IMG/VR virus record: IMGVR_UViG_2061766007_002858
Length of the DNA: 64,000 nt
Reading direction: 5' to 3' (one strand)
Source of the DNA: an uncultured virus (IMG/VR IMGVR_UViG_2061766007_002858)
Lineage: Duplodnaviria; Heunggongvirae; Uroviricota; Caudoviricetes
A program made the translations under genes and the position numbers. The notes under the pieces were generated by a model that saw only the letters and a program-made list of their open reading frames with translations, was not told where the DNA came from and ran no database searches. Positions 18,180 through 28,452 of the stretch are shown piece by piece (the stretch's first letter is position 1; each line of letters starts with the position of its first letter).

Positions 18180-19731
18180 CTTCACCTGCCCTGTGGCCGC
18201 CAATCTGGCCATTCCGGTCTATCGTCGTTCCACCTTCGAGGAAGTTCATGCCTTTCAGCAAGGCATTTTTCCCAAACCTGTCCTGAATGGCCAGCGTTGC
18301 CCGCTGCAGTTTCCGTTCTGTTTCTTCTGCTGCCATCGCGGCCTTTTTCTCCCGCTCGACCGCATCATAGTCAGTGAAAAAGTCTATCTGAACAGGCTTT
18401 TCGTCCGGGATTTCATCTTCGTGAATCAGGTTGCATGCCGCGATGTTCACTCGGCGGATCAGGAGGTTTTTGTCCACCACGCGGTCATACAGCTCCATCA
18501 TCACGTCCATGATGGCGTGGGTGGAGCTGGTGTAATGGTCAATATTGCCGGTGCCGTTTGCGTGCTTTGGTACCTTCCTGCCATAGTAGTCTATTGAAAT
18601 GGGACCCTGATAGTTCTTGCCACGGTCGCCTTTAAGGCTTTCCCGGTCGTAACCGATGTACAGCACCACCTGCTTTGTGACCAGATGCTTTCTGACCAGA
18701 TCCAGTACCAGCAGTTCTGTCATCTCACGCACGATCAGGCGGCCTTTCTCAAAATCATATGGTTCGTGCAGCACCTGTCCGGAAGATATGCTCTTTGCGG
18801 ATGGCCTGTATTGCTTGATCACATCCACGGTAACCGGCTCCCAACCCCAGGCGTGATCGATGATCAGCTCGGCATTGACACCGAAGACCTTATACAGCTT
18901 TTCCTCCATAAACGGATTCATGGAAGCGCGGGCGACATCGCCCATGGTGAAAAGCTGCATGTCCTCGAGTTTCGCCGATATGCCTCCGCCGATGCGCCAG
19001 AAATCTGTCAGCGGACGATGAGACCAGAGCTGCTCCCGGTATGACAGCTCATTCAGCTCCGCGATACGGACGCCGTCTTTATCCGGCTGCGCCTTCTTTG
19101 CGACGATGTCCATGGCCACCTTGGCCAGGTACAGATTTGTCCCGATCCCCGCGGTGGCCGTGATGCCGGTGTTATAAAGCACCTCCCGCACCATGGTCAT
19201 GGTCAGCTCATGGGCCGTCATCCTGTAAGTACTCAGATAGTTGGTCAGATCAATAAACACCTCATCGATGGAATAAACGATGATGTCCTCCGGCGCGACG
19301 TATTTAAGGTAGGTCGCGTAGATGCGGCTTGAGTATTCCTCATAGAGCCGCATCCGGGGCGGCGCGACGATATAGGTCAGCTCCAGCGTAGGATCACTTT
19401 CAAGAGCCTCCGCGTCAAAGGACGATGAGGAAAAGCCGTACTTGTGTGTCGCAGGATCCCTCTGTATCGCTCCGGAACGGATGCCCGCGTTCAGGCGTTC
19501 GCGGTTGACCTCTTTCACGCGCTGAATGACTTCAAACAGTCGGGGGCGGCCGGAAACTTTCTGAGCCTTGAGAGATGGCGAAACAGCCAAACAGATGGTT
19601 TTCTCCGTCCGGCTTTCATCAGCCACAACAAGGTTGGTGGTCAGCGGGTTCAGATGGCGCTCCACGCATTCCACGCTGGCATAGAAGCTCTTGGCATCTA
19701 TGCCGACGTACTGGCGTATGCGCTCTGCCAT
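18169..19731 (-). CDS. Y-family translesion DNA polymerase (UmuC/ImpB-like)
   Basis: [41 protein letters not shown], terminal IGGH. Confidence 0.92.
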   Translation of the reverse strand: MAERIRQYVGIDAKSFYASVECVERHLNPLTTNLVVADESRTEKTICLAVSPSLKAQKVSGRPRLFEVIQRVKEVNRERLNAGIRSGAIQRDPATHKYGFSSSSFDAEALESDPTLELTYIVAPPRMRLYEEYSSRIYATYLKYVAPEDIIVYSIDEVFIDLTNYLSTYRMTAHELTMTMVREVLYNTGITATAGIGTNLYLAKVAMDIVAKKAQPDKDGVRIAELNELSYREQLWSHRPLTDFWRIGGGISAKLEDMQLFTMGDVARASMNPFMEEKLYKVFGVNAELIIDHAWGWEPVTVDVIKQYRPSAKSISSGQVLHEPYDFEKGRLIVREMTELLVLDLVRKHLVTKQVVLYIGYDRESLKGDRGKNYQGPISIDYYGRKVPKHANGTGNIDHYTSSTHAIMDVMMELYDRVVDKNLLIRRVNIAACNLIHEDEIPDEKPVQIDFFTDYDAVEREKKAAMAAEETERKLQRATLAIQDRFGKNALLKGMNFLEGGTTIDRNGQIGGHRAGEDDG

Positions 19732-19758
19732 AAGGCCGACCTTCTTTCAACAAAAAGC

Positions 19759-20076
19759 TTAAGCGGTTTCGGGCACCATCGTTTCAACGTACCAGCGGGC
19801 AACCCGGCTGGAAAAGGCGGAATCCGTCCACTCGAAAAACAGATGCCGCTCCTCACCTTTGATCACGACCGTGTAGCACGCGCCTTCCGCGCCCTGGCGG
19901 TAAACCGCGGCAGGGCGGTAGTCTTTTACGGCCTCGATCATAAAAGTTCTGCCGTCAGACCATGTGATCGACTTGGGCTGTATGTATCCGGTGGAGTCGA
20001 AATCAGAGTTCACCTTGACATAAACCCGCTCCAGGCGAGGAGGCCTGACGCCTTTTAAAGCTCGCTGCGTGTTCAT
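19759..20076 (-). CDS. Hypothetical protein of the mutagenesis cassette
   Basis: ORF between repressor and polymerase, GAGAGG SD. Confidence 0.7.
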   Translation of the reverse strand: MNTQRALKGVRPPRLERVYVKVNSDFDSTGYIQPKSITWSDGRTFMIEAVKDYRPAAVYRQGAEGACYTVVIKGEERHLFFEWTDSAFSSRVARWYVETMVPETA

Positions 20077-20087
20077 GGGGACACCTC

Positions 20088-20933
20088 TCATTCGTCTTCT
20101 TCCGCAAAGGCGGCTTCGATTCTTTCAGCCAGAATGGCATTTGCAATATCCTTCTCGCCAACGATACCTGTCACACGTCCGCAGCAACGCATCTCTGTGT
20201 CTGGATGGATGGGAATGGGCTTATACCGCTGGTTATGTGAATAAAGGGCATCCTGCTGGTATTCCTTGATATAAGCTTCGCCGTTAACAATGAAAATACC
20301 CACCTGGCCCGGCTGAACATCTGCATTCATATTCACATAAACGTAGCTGCCGTCCGGATAGGTTGGTTCCATACTGCGGCCGTTGACATGAATGATGCTG
20401 TCCGTCCCATGAGGAACATTCGCGCTGAGGGCGTATACCGTTTCACTTTCAGCGTAGTCCAGCATCGGAGAACCGACGCCGGCTGCGGCGGCATCCTCAT
20501 AACATGTCAGTCCTACATAGGAATGGCGGAGGCGCGCTTTTTCCTTGCTGTCCTGCTGGAAGAGAAGTCTGTCCATCATCTGCTGAATCGTGCGCCTATT
20601 GTATTTGTCCAACTGATGGTAGGAAGTAAGCAAATCCCTGTCTTCAGTTGGCAGCGCCGTTTCCGCAGGCAGATCGAGCAGCTCCGTGATCGGAATATTC
20701 AGCAGCCGGCAGATCTTAGGCACATTATCAATATCAGGGCGGGAAAGGCCCAGTTCCCAGTTGCCGATTGCTGTTTTTGTGTATCCGAGCTGTTTTGCCA
20801 GGGTAGGCTGATCCATGCCCGCCGCCAGCCGGTATTTACGGATTACCTGTCCGACATGTGTTCTGCGCTCAGTGTCGATGACAGGACGTCCACCTGATGT
20901 GCTGGGCTTTTTCTTTTCTGTCTGTCTGGCCAT
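20088..20933 (-). CDS. LexA/CI-like repressor (XRE HTH + peptidase S24)
   Basis: HTH 'AIGNWELGLSRP', Ala-Gly site AAAG, VNGRSMEP (Ser), YIKE (Lys). Confidence 0.9.
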   Translation of the reverse strand: MARQTEKKKPSTSGGRPVIDTERRTHVGQVIRKYRLAAGMDQPTLAKQLGYTKTAIGNWELGLSRPDIDNVPKICRLLNIPITELLDLPAETALPTEDRDLLTSYHQLDKYNRRTIQQMMDRLLFQQDSKEKARLRHSYVGLTCYEDAAAAGVGSPMLDYAESETVYALSANVPHGTDSIIHVNGRSMEPTYPDGSYVYVNMNADVQPGQVGIFIVNGEAYIKEYQQDALYSHNQRYKPIPIHPDTEMRCCGRVTGIVGEKDIANAILAERIEAAFAEEDE

Positions 20934-20980
20934 ACGCTCACCTCGTCTCAATAATCATAGTGTCAGATACCGTCAATCTC

Positions 20981-21052
20981 AGTATAGCACATGTTTAGTT
21001 TTCTGTAAACACCTATTTTGAACTTTACAAGAAAGAAAACTTGTGCTATGAT
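20981..21052. promoter_or_regulatory. Back-to-back divergent promoters
   Basis: Minus: TTTACA-17-TATACT (21009-20981); plus: TTTACA-17-TATGAT (21024-21052); both with extended TG. Confidence 0.7.
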
Positions 21053-21141
21053 TTTCGCAGGATGGCAGCGGAACCGCGTTTGCCCCAGCGCGGCAGAAGC
21101 TGATATTTCTCTTATAGGACCTTATCAGGAGGATACGCTAA

Positions 21142-23106
21142 GTGAACGATGTTGTCAATCGTTTCGGATATGCCTTTGACGCAGCGCACGGACGTGTGCC
21201 GGGGCCAATTGCGCCATTGCAGGACGAGCCACAGGACGAGAACTCAATTCGTCCGATCAAGACCACAAAAACTGTACTGGTGCCTCAGATCCAGTCCATG
21301 AAGGATTATATCCTCAGACACCACAAGCGGATGATCCTTGGTACGCTGAACAGGAACATCAGGGAAGGGATGCTTCGGCTACCGATGGCGCTTGCAGAGA
21401 CGAATACTGTTCTTACCTCTGCAAGTTGCTCCTTCAGAGATATGAACTTCTGGCGTGTAGACAAGTATACTGCCCTTGCCGATGTCATCATAGATGTCGA
21501 TGTATTTGGCGATGACGAGATCAGAACCATTTCCCTGTATGCTGAAATGTGGATCAACATGGAAAAGGGCATGCAATTCCGGATGGGCGAATGCGGTTAT
21601 CTGGAACAGCTGCCTGAACGGCCTTACTGGAGGCTCAGCAATTATCTGATCCCCATACTCCGAAAGGAAGAGATTGAAGCGGGCGGAGAGGAACTGCTTC
21701 TTCGTTTGATCCCCGACGCCCTTACAGATAAGCAAATGCACAACCCGTTCGTGCTTGCAGAGCGAATGGGACTGCAGGTCATGCGCCTGCCGCTTTACGA
21801 CAATACGCGTACGCTGAGCATGCTCTTTTTCGCTGCAGGCACCGTAACCGTTCAGGATGATCCGGAAAATGAAGACGATGATCCTCCGCCGCCCTATACG
21901 GTGACGATTCCTCAGAACACCATCCTGATCAACACGCATGCCGTCCATAAAGATTATTGCCAGCTGGAAGTTTATCATGAGTGCATCCATTACGACTGGC
22001 ATTTTATGTTCTATCGTCTGCAGGACATGCACAACAACGATGTCAATGCGCTGAAGACCAAACGAATCGTCGTAACAGACACGAAGAAGAACAAGAATCC
22101 TCTTACCTGGATGGAATGGCAGGCCAACCGCGGCAGTTTTGCCCTGATGATGCCCCTCGGCATGATGCGTCCAGTAGTCGGTCGGTATTGGAACGAATCC
22201 TCCAGCTCTATGCATTATGGCAAGCGGTACGATTATGTTGCACGCAGGATTGCGTCAGAATATGACTTGCCGAAATTCCGGGTGCGCGCCAGGCTGATCC
22301 AGATGGGAAAAATCCCGGCGAAAGGTGCGCTGAATTATGTCGACGGGAGTTATATCGAGCCGTTTGCATTCGACATTGATAAGGGAAACGGAGACTATAC
22401 CTTCGTCCTGACACGAAAGAATCTGTTTGCCGCATATAATGCAAGCGGGGCATTTCGTGAGCAGATCGACAGCGGAAGATACGTTTTTGTGGATGGCCAT
22501 ATCTGTATCAATGACGAAAGATATGTCCGGGAAACAAGCCAGGGACTCAGACTGACTCCCTGGGCCAATGAGCACGTAGATGAGTGCTGCCTGCGTTTTA
22601 TCAACGTTTACGTGCCGTACGGGATTTCGGAATACCGCTTCGGATGCCTGAACAGCGACGAGGAGTATAACCGCCACTATCTGTCTTTTGCTGAAGATGT
22701 AACCAACTGGTCGGAGGCGGAGAAAATGGAGTATATGGGTAAAGTGGTAGGCAGCCTTCCTGACACATTCCCGGAAACCCTGTCCTATCTGATGGAGAAA
22801 AAGGGTATCACAGAGGAAAAGATGGAAGAACTCTCCGGAATATCGGTCAGCACGATATCCCGTCTGCGCAGGAAAGAGCGCAGCAATTACAGCATAGATC
22901 AGATCATCGCAATCTGTGTCACGCTACATCTCCCTCCCTGGCTGTCATCAGAACTTCTCTCGCAGGCCGGCATCCTGCTGAGGAGAACAAAGCAGCACCG
23001 CGCCTACCGCATGATCCTTGACTGCCTGTTCATGGACAGTCTTGATAAAGTCCAGGGCTTTCTGGTTGAGGCAGGATGCGAAAGGCTGAAGCTGAAAGCA
23101 AATTAA
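21142..23106 (+). CDS. ImmA/IrrE-like metallopeptidase domain with C-terminal XRE HTH
   Basis: YHECIH (HExxH), MEWQAN, C-terminal 'MEELSGISVSTISRLRR..IIAICVTLHL'. Confidence 0.8.
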   Translation: MNDVVNRFGYAFDAAHGRVPGPIAPLQDEPQDENSIRPIKTTKTVLVPQIQSMKDYILRHHKRMILGTLNRNIREGMLRLPMALAETNTVLTSASCSFRDMNFWRVDKYTALADVIIDVDVFGDDEIRTISLYAEMWINMEKGMQFRMGECGYLEQLPERPYWRLSNYLIPILRKEEIEAGGEELLLRLIPDALTDKQMHNPFVLAERMGLQVMRLPLYDNTRTLSMLFFAAGTVTVQDDPENEDDDPPPPYTVTIPQNTILINTHAVHKDYCQLEVYHECIHYDWHFMFYRLQDMHNNDVNALKTKRIVVTDTKKNKNPLTWMEWQANRGSFALMMPLGMMRPVVGRYWNESSSSMHYGKRYDYVARRIASEYDLPKFRVRARLIQMGKIPAKGALNYVDGSYIEPFAFDIDKGNGDYTFVLTRKNLFAAYNASGAFREQIDSGRYVFVDGHICINDERYVRETSQGLRLTPWANEHVDECCLRFINVYVPYGISEYRFGCLNSDEEYNRHYLSFAEDVTNWSEAEKMEYMGKVVGSLPDTFPETLSYLMEKKGITEEKMEELSGISVSTISRLRRKERSNYSIDQIIAICVTLHLPPWLSSELLSQAGILLRRTKQHRAYRMILDCLFMDSLDKVQGFLVEAGCERLKLKAN

Positions 23107-23117
23107 TTCCTTTGCCC

Positions 23118-23149
23118 GGCGCGTCAGTTGATGACGCGCCAATTTTTTT
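23118..23149 (+). terminator. Terminator-like hairpin overlapping an operator repeat
   Basis: GGCGCGTCA-GTTGA-TGACGCGCC then AATTTTTTT. Confidence 0.65.
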
Positions 23150-23262
23150 GGGTGTGCACGTCATTTGATGACGAGCTCTGAGTGGCGGTATATCAGCATT
23201 TCTGATTCTCCAATACCTGAAAATACCTGTTTTTGAGCCTCTCACCACGTCATTTGATGCCG
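23122..23262. promoter_or_regulatory. Three copies of palindromic CGTCA(G/T)TTGATG(A/C)CG
   Basis: At 23122, 23159 and 23248. Confidence 0.65.
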
Positions 23263-23647
23263 TGGTGCTTTTTTGCCCTTTCCGCTACGATACTCATGTC
23301 AGGCGGCGACAGGCCGTCGACATGAATCATCTCAAAGCCTGAGATGCGCATTAAGGCGGCGGGATGCATACGGAGTCCTGAAGCGGCACAGCCGTTTCAA
23401 CCCCGATGCACCCACCGTGCCTTGCCATGNNNNNNNNNNAACAAAACTATCTCAAAGCCTGAGATGCGCATTAAGGCGGCGGGATGCATACGGAGTCCNN
23501 NNNNNNNNACGGTACAGTCGTTTCAACCCCGATGCACCCACCGTACCTTGCCATGCCTTTTTCAGGCTCAGCCGGTCGGTGACGGTGTGTCGCTGGCCGG
23601 CTCTTTATGTGTCCCTCCGCCGAGGTGCCCGGGCGGAAAGGACTCAC

Positions 23648-24145
23648 ATGAAGATCAGACTGTACTACGAAAGCAGGCTGGACAGGGACACCATCATTCT
23701 GGACGTGCCAGACAGCGAGTGTGAAGTCATGGTTGAAACCGACTATCAGCAACGCCTGGCACAGGCAAAGCCCGAAGACCGGGACGCTGTTTCCCGCCGT
23801 GATCCGCAGACCATTATCAACGAAGAATGCAACAAACCAACGTTCAACAGTCATCATGCCGAAACAAGGCGTCATGTGGCGCTGGAAGCCCTCGACCCCG
23901 AAGGCGACCATATTGGCGACGGTTTTGACGTGGAAGAAGCTGCGTTTCCCGAAGACTGGGGTGATCTGTATCAGGCTATCGACCGGCTGCGTCCACGGCA
24001 GAAAGAGCTGCTCAGAAAGATCTTCTGGGAGGAAATGAAGCAAGCAGAGATTGCAAAGGCAGAAGGATTGACTGATCAGGCCCTTCATAACCGCTTGGCC
24101 CGCATCTATGAGCGGCTTAGGCGTTATCTGAGTGAGAAAAAATAA
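23648..24145 (+). CDS. Sigma-70 region-4 domain protein
   Basis: LYQAIDRLRPRQKELL..IFWEEMKQAEIAKAEG....ALHNRL; AAAGGA SD. Confidence 0.85.
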   Translation: MKIRLYYESRLDRDTIILDVPDSECEVMVETDYQQRLAQAKPEDRDAVSRRDPQTIINEECNKPTFNSHHAETRRHVALEALDPEGDHIGDGFDVEEAAFPEDWGDLYQAIDRLRPRQKELLRKIFWEEMKQAEIAKAEGLTDQALHNRLARIYERLRRYLSEKK

Positions 24146-24232
24146 ATTTCAGAAAAACCGTTTAGTTTTGCCTTTTTCGTGGGCTACCTGTGCAGGGCAA
24201 CAAAAACATCCCTGCGGAAAGGAAGGCGCGCT

Positions 24233-24451
24233 ATGACGCATGCCATGAAGATCAGAGTTTCGAAGGCGAAACTCAACGGCGGGCTGATGACCTGCCGGAC
24301 CGTAACCATCCGGGAACGCCTGCTCCGTTTTTTCCTGGGGACGCCGACAAGGCTGACCATCATTGTCCCAGGAGACAGCGTTGACGAGGTTGGCATCTCA
24401 GAGAAGATCGTACAGACAACGACGGAGGGCACAGCGCATGAAACTGTATGA
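24233..24451 (+). CDS. Phage hypothetical protein
   Basis: ORF with SD; 'TIRERLLRFFLG..RLTIIVPGDSV'. Confidence 0.7.
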   Translation: MTHAMKIRVSKAKLNGGLMTCRTVTIRERLLRFFLGTPTRLTIIVPGDSVDEVGISEKIVQTTTEGTAHETV

Positions 24452-24950
24452 GATCAACGCCCAGATCATGACGCTGCTGGATCAGTTGGAGCCTGATCCG
24501 GAGACTGGGGAGATTCCCTCAAATGAGGAAGAGATCATCGCCCAGATCAATGCGCTGACCATGAAGAGAGATGACATCCTGCAGTACCTGGCCAAGCTGA
24601 TACTCAACTGCCGCGCCGAATCGGCGGCGCTGAAGGCGGAAGAAGAGAGGCTGAAGGCACGTCGGAACAGGCTTGAAGCCAGGGAGGAACGTCTGATAGC
24701 CATTCTTGACCGGGAATGTGGCGAAACCACCGACCTGGGTGTTGCAACCCTGAGCTATCGCAAGACCAGTCGCGTGGAAGTCATCGATGAAGCGAAGGCG
24801 GTGTCCTGGCTGAAACGGCACAAGTTTACCGACGCTTTCAGGGTCCCGGCTCCAACGGTTTACAAGACCGAAGTCAAAAAGCTTCTTGCCGCGGGCCAGA
24901 AGGTACCCGGCTGCAAAGTGGTGGAAGACCGCTCCTGCAGCCTGAAATGA
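24438..24950 (+). CDS. Siphovirus Gp157-family protein
   Basis: MKLYEIN..DPETGEI, coiled coil, SYRKTSRVEV, KTEVKKLLAAG..VPGC. Confidence 0.85.
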   Translation: MKLYEINAQIMTLLDQLEPDPETGEIPSNEEEIIAQINALTMKRDDILQYLAKLILNCRAESAALKAEEERLKARRNRLEAREERLIAILDRECGETTDLGVATLSYRKTSRVEVIDEAKAVSWLKRHKFTDAFRVPAPTVYKTEVKKLLAAGQKVPGCKVVEDRSCSLK

Positions 24951-24960
24951 GGAGGATCAC

Positions 24961-25971
24961 ATGCTGAACATCACATCCGGACGGGTCGCCCGTCCTCAGA
25001 AACTGGTTTTTTACGGCGTTGAAGGCATCGGCAAGACCAGCCTTGCCGCCCAGACGCCCGAGCCGCTGTTTATCGATACCGAAGGCGGCACGGCGCACCT
25101 TGACGTCCGCCGTCTGCAGAAGCCCTCTTCATGGGAAGAGCTGATCGCGCTGATCAAAGAGGTCGCCGCAACACCCGATGTCTGCAGGACGCTGGTGATC
25201 GACACGGCGGACTGGGCTGAACAGATGTGCATCGACTACATCTGCGCCAAGTACAAGCAGCCTGGCATCGAGTCCTTTGGGTACGGCAAAGGCTATACCT
25301 ACCTGGCGGAGGAATTTGCCCGCATGCTCTCCGCATGTGACGAAGTGATTCTTTCCGGCAAAAACGTGGTCATCACAGCGCACGCAAAGATGCGCAAGCA
25401 GGAACTCCCTGACGAACAGGGCGCTTTCGACCGCTGGGAGCTGAAGCTGTCCAAGCAGACCGCGCCGCTGCTCAAGGAATGGCCGGACGCATTGCTGTTC
25501 CTGAATTTCAAGACACTGGTTGTCACGACGGAGAACAACAGCCATAAGGCGCAGGGTGGCAAGCGCGTGATCTATACCAGCCACAGCCCGGTATGGGACG
25601 CAAAGAATCGTCACGGCATGCCCGAAGAACTGGAGCTGAGCTATGCAAGCATCGCACCGCTTTTCGGTACGGAAGCACCGTCTCAGCAGAGCACATCATC
25701 GGCCTCTGCGCAGCCCAAACCTATGCCCATATCTGCCAAACAGTCGCTATCTGTGGTCACACCGGAGACGCTGAAGATCGTTAACGAATGGATGGAGAAG
25801 GCCGGCATCTCTGCGGAGGAAATCCAGACGCTGGTTGCCCAGAAGGGACATTTTCCGCCTGAAACGCCGATTGACCAGTATCCCGAGAAATTTGTCCGCG
25901 GCTGGCTGATGCATAACTGGGATCAGGTTGTCACAACCATCCAAAACAATCCTGAGCATGTACCGTTCTGA
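24961..25971 (+). CDS. Phage AAA_24 NTPase (Sak4-like)
   Basis: YGVEGIGKT, IDTEGG, LVIDTADW, WDAKNR. Confidence 0.88.
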   Translation: MLNITSGRVARPQKLVFYGVEGIGKTSLAAQTPEPLFIDTEGGTAHLDVRRLQKPSSWEELIALIKEVAATPDVCRTLVIDTADWAEQMCIDYICAKYKQPGIESFGYGKGYTYLAEEFARMLSACDEVILSGKNVVITAHAKMRKQELPDEQGAFDRWELKLSKQTAPLLKEWPDALLFLNFKTLVVTTENNSHKAQGGKRVIYTSHSPVWDAKNRHGMPEELELSYASIAPLFGTEAPSQQSTSSASAQPKPMPISAKQSLSVVTPETLKIVNEWMEKAGISAEEIQTLVAQKGHFPPETPIDQYPEKFVRGWLMHNWDQVVTTIQNNPEHVPF

Positions 25972-25990
25972 CAAAAGGAGGTAAGGAAAT

Positions 25991-26470
25991 ATGCCTGCAG
26001 ATAACAACATCATGAGCTGGGACGATGTCCTGGAAAACGACGGTCAGGAGTTCATCGTCCTTCCCGAAGGTGATTACACCTTCACCGTTTCTAACTTCGA
26101 GCGCGGCTCTTTTCCCGGTGGCGCCAAGATCCCTGCCTGCCCGAAAGCGACTATTACGCTCAATATCGACAATGACCAGGGCGTGGCTACCGCCCGCGTC
26201 GATCTTCTGCTCTACCGTACTCTCGAATGGAAGATCGCGGCTTTCTTCCGCTCCATCGGGCAGAAGAAGCATGGTGAGAAGGTGACCATGAACTGGAACA
26301 AAGTAATGGGGGCGCGCGGCAGGGCGCATTTTAAGCCCCGCGACTATACCGCCCGCAACGGTGAGACCCGTCAGGCGAATGATGTGGATCATTTCATTGA
26401 CTATGACCCGTCTGTCGCTTTCACGCCCGTCAACGACGCTGACCTGCCCTGGGGAAACGGAGGCTTCTGA
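25991..26470 (+). CDS. Phage ssDNA-binding protein (DUF669-like)
   Basis: LPEGDYTFTV; acidic tail DADLPW; follows the Sak4-like gene. Confidence 0.75.
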   Translation: MPADNNIMSWDDVLENDGQEFIVLPEGDYTFTVSNFERGSFPGGAKIPACPKATITLNIDNDQGVATARVDLLLYRTLEWKIAAFFRSIGQKKHGEKVTMNWNKVMGARGRAHFKPRDYTARNGETRQANDVDHFIDYDPSVAFTPVNDADLPWGNGGF

Positions 26471-26471
26471 C

Positions 26472-26855
26472 ATGAACATGGAAAAGGAATACGAAAACAC
26501 CTGCCCTTCGATGCACGACTGCCATAGCCTGCATCGTGCCGCTGTTCGCCTCATACAGGCGATCTACGGCGAGGATAACACCCGCGAGGATGCGGAGAAA
26601 ATCCTCAGGGATATTGAGCTGGCGCGTCACGAGAAAAAGGAAAAGGCGATCCATTCCGCCTGTATCATGCTTCGCCAGGCTGAGCGCCCCATTTGCAGGC
26701 GCGATATGGAGGTAGCAATCGAATTTGCGCTGTATCAGGCTGCAAAAAAGTATGAGGACGAAAAAACGAGGGATAACGCGGTTTACGTCCTCTCGCTGGC
26801 TGCGTGCCGGAAGCTGGTTTGCGGTGAGCTCCTCTTTGAGGAAGGTGACGACTGA
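26472..26855 (+). CDS. Hypothetical protein
   Basis: Fills the SSB-helicase interval; TGATG coupling to the helicase. Confidence 0.6.
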   Translation: MNMEKEYENTCPSMHDCHSLHRAAVRLIQAIYGEDNTREDAEKILRDIELARHEKKEKAIHSACIMLRQAERPICRRDMEVAIEFALYQAAKKYEDEKTRDNAVYVLSLAACRKLVCGELLFEEGDD

Positions 26856-28438
26856 TGGCCATCACGCTCAGGCCCTATCAGGCTGAGGCAAGAGACGCCA
26901 TCCTGCGCGAGTGGGCGGAGGGCCGGAAGCGCACGCTTCTGGTCCTGCCCACCGGGTGCGGCAAAACAGTGTGCTTTGCCTCGGTGGTACAGGAACGGGT
27001 TAACAACGGCAGTCGTGCGCTGATCATGGCGCATCGCGGCGAGCTGCTGGATCAGGCCGCGGATAAAGTAAAACAGGTAACCGGCCTGGACTGCGCCTAT
27101 GAAAAAGCCGGCGCATCTTCTCTCGGCAGCTGGATGCCCGTGACGGTTGGTTCCGTACAATCCCTGTGCCAGGAAAAACGTCTTCAGCAGTTTCCCTCAG
27201 ATTATTTCTCGACCATTGTGGTGGACGAGGCGCATCATTGTCTCTCAGATTCCTATCAGCGTGTGCTGGAGCATTTCGGCGGCGCAGATGTATTGGGCGT
27301 GACAGCCACGCCGGATCGTGGGGATATGCGCAATCTGGGCAGGTTCTTTGACAGCCGAGCATACGAGTACACCATGTCCCAGGCTATACGTGAGCATTAT
27401 CTCTGTCCGGTAAAAGCGCAGATGATCCCTCTGAAGCTGGACATCAGCGAGGTTGGTGTAAGCAACGGAGATTACAACGCCGGCGAAATTGGAGTAGCCC
27501 TTCAGCCCTACCTGCGACAGATCGCACATGAGATAGCAGAGAACTACTCCCACCGGAAGACTGTCGTTTTCCTCCCGCTGATCCACATATCCCAGACATT
27601 CTGCGATCTGCTGAATGAGATGGGCGTACCCGCCGCTGAGGTGAACGGCAACAGCGCAGACCGCGCTGATATTCTCCGCGATTTTGAAAACGGCCGTTAC
27701 TCCGTGTTGTGCAACAGCATGCTGCTGACGGAAGGCTGGGATTGTCCCGCCGTGGACTGCATCGCGGTTCTCCGGCCGACGAAAGTGCGCAGCCTTTATC
27801 AGCAGATGGTCGGACGCGGCATGCGGCTGTATCCGGGCAAGACAGAACTCATTCTTCTGGACTTCCTCTGGATGACAGAACGGCACGACTTGTGCAGGCC
27901 ATCTTCTCTGATCTCCAAAGATGAAAAGATCGCTGAAAAAATCGACAGGCAGGTCATGAATTCGCCCTTCGGTGTAGACATCATGGAAGCCGAGGAAGAA
28001 GCTGAGCGGAATGTGCTGGAGGAACGTGAACAGGCGCTGGCAAGGCAGCTGGCGGAGATGCGAAACAGGCAGAGGAAGCTTGTGGATCCTCTGCAGTACG
28101 CCATGTCAATCGCCGCAGAAGACCTGGCAAATTACGTGCCTACATTCGCATGGGAAATGGGGCCGCCCTCCCAGAAACAGCTTCAGTTTCTGGAAAAGCG
28201 GGGTATCTATGCGGAATCCGTAGAGAACATGGGTAAAGCCCGCATGCTGATCGATCGGCTGATCCGCCGCCAAGATGAAGGGCTGTCTACCCCCAAGCAG
28301 ATCCGCTGCCTTGAACGGTACGGATTCCGGCAGGTGGGCACATGGAGCTTTGAACAGGCGGGTGCGATGATTTCCCGCCTCGCCGACAATAACTGGCGCA
28401 TCCCGTTCGGACTGAATGTGTCAGCCTACAGACCATAA
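26855..28438 (+). CDS. Phage SF2 DEAH helicase
   Basis: LRPYQ, LPTGCGKT, DEAHH, TATP, QMVGRGMR. Confidence 0.92.
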   Translation: MAITLRPYQAEARDAILREWAEGRKRTLLVLPTGCGKTVCFASVVQERVNNGSRALIMAHRGELLDQAADKVKQVTGLDCAYEKAGASSLGSWMPVTVGSVQSLCQEKRLQQFPSDYFSTIVVDEAHHCLSDSYQRVLEHFGGADVLGVTATPDRGDMRNLGRFFDSRAYEYTMSQAIREHYLCPVKAQMIPLKLDISEVGVSNGDYNAGEIGVALQPYLRQIAHEIAENYSHRKTVVFLPLIHISQTFCDLLNEMGVPAAEVNGNSADRADILRDFENGRYSVLCNSMLLTEGWDCPAVDCIAVLRPTKVRSLYQQMVGRGMRLYPGKTELILLDFLWMTERHDLCRPSSLISKDEKIAEKIDRQVMNSPFGVDIMEAEEEAERNVLEEREQALARQLAEMRNRQRKLVDPLQYAMSIAAEDLANYVPTFAWEMGPPSQKQLQFLEKRGIYAESVENMGKARMLIDRLIRRQDEGLSTPKQIRCLERYGFRQVGTWSFEQAGAMISRLADNNWRIPFGLNVSAYRP

Positions 28439-28452
28439 AGGAGATTTACGAT

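Noticed and set aside
23327..23555. Apparent direct repeats resembling a CRISPR array or tandem repeat
   Set aside because: Copies are separated by N gaps and are allelic; no spacers and no cas genes
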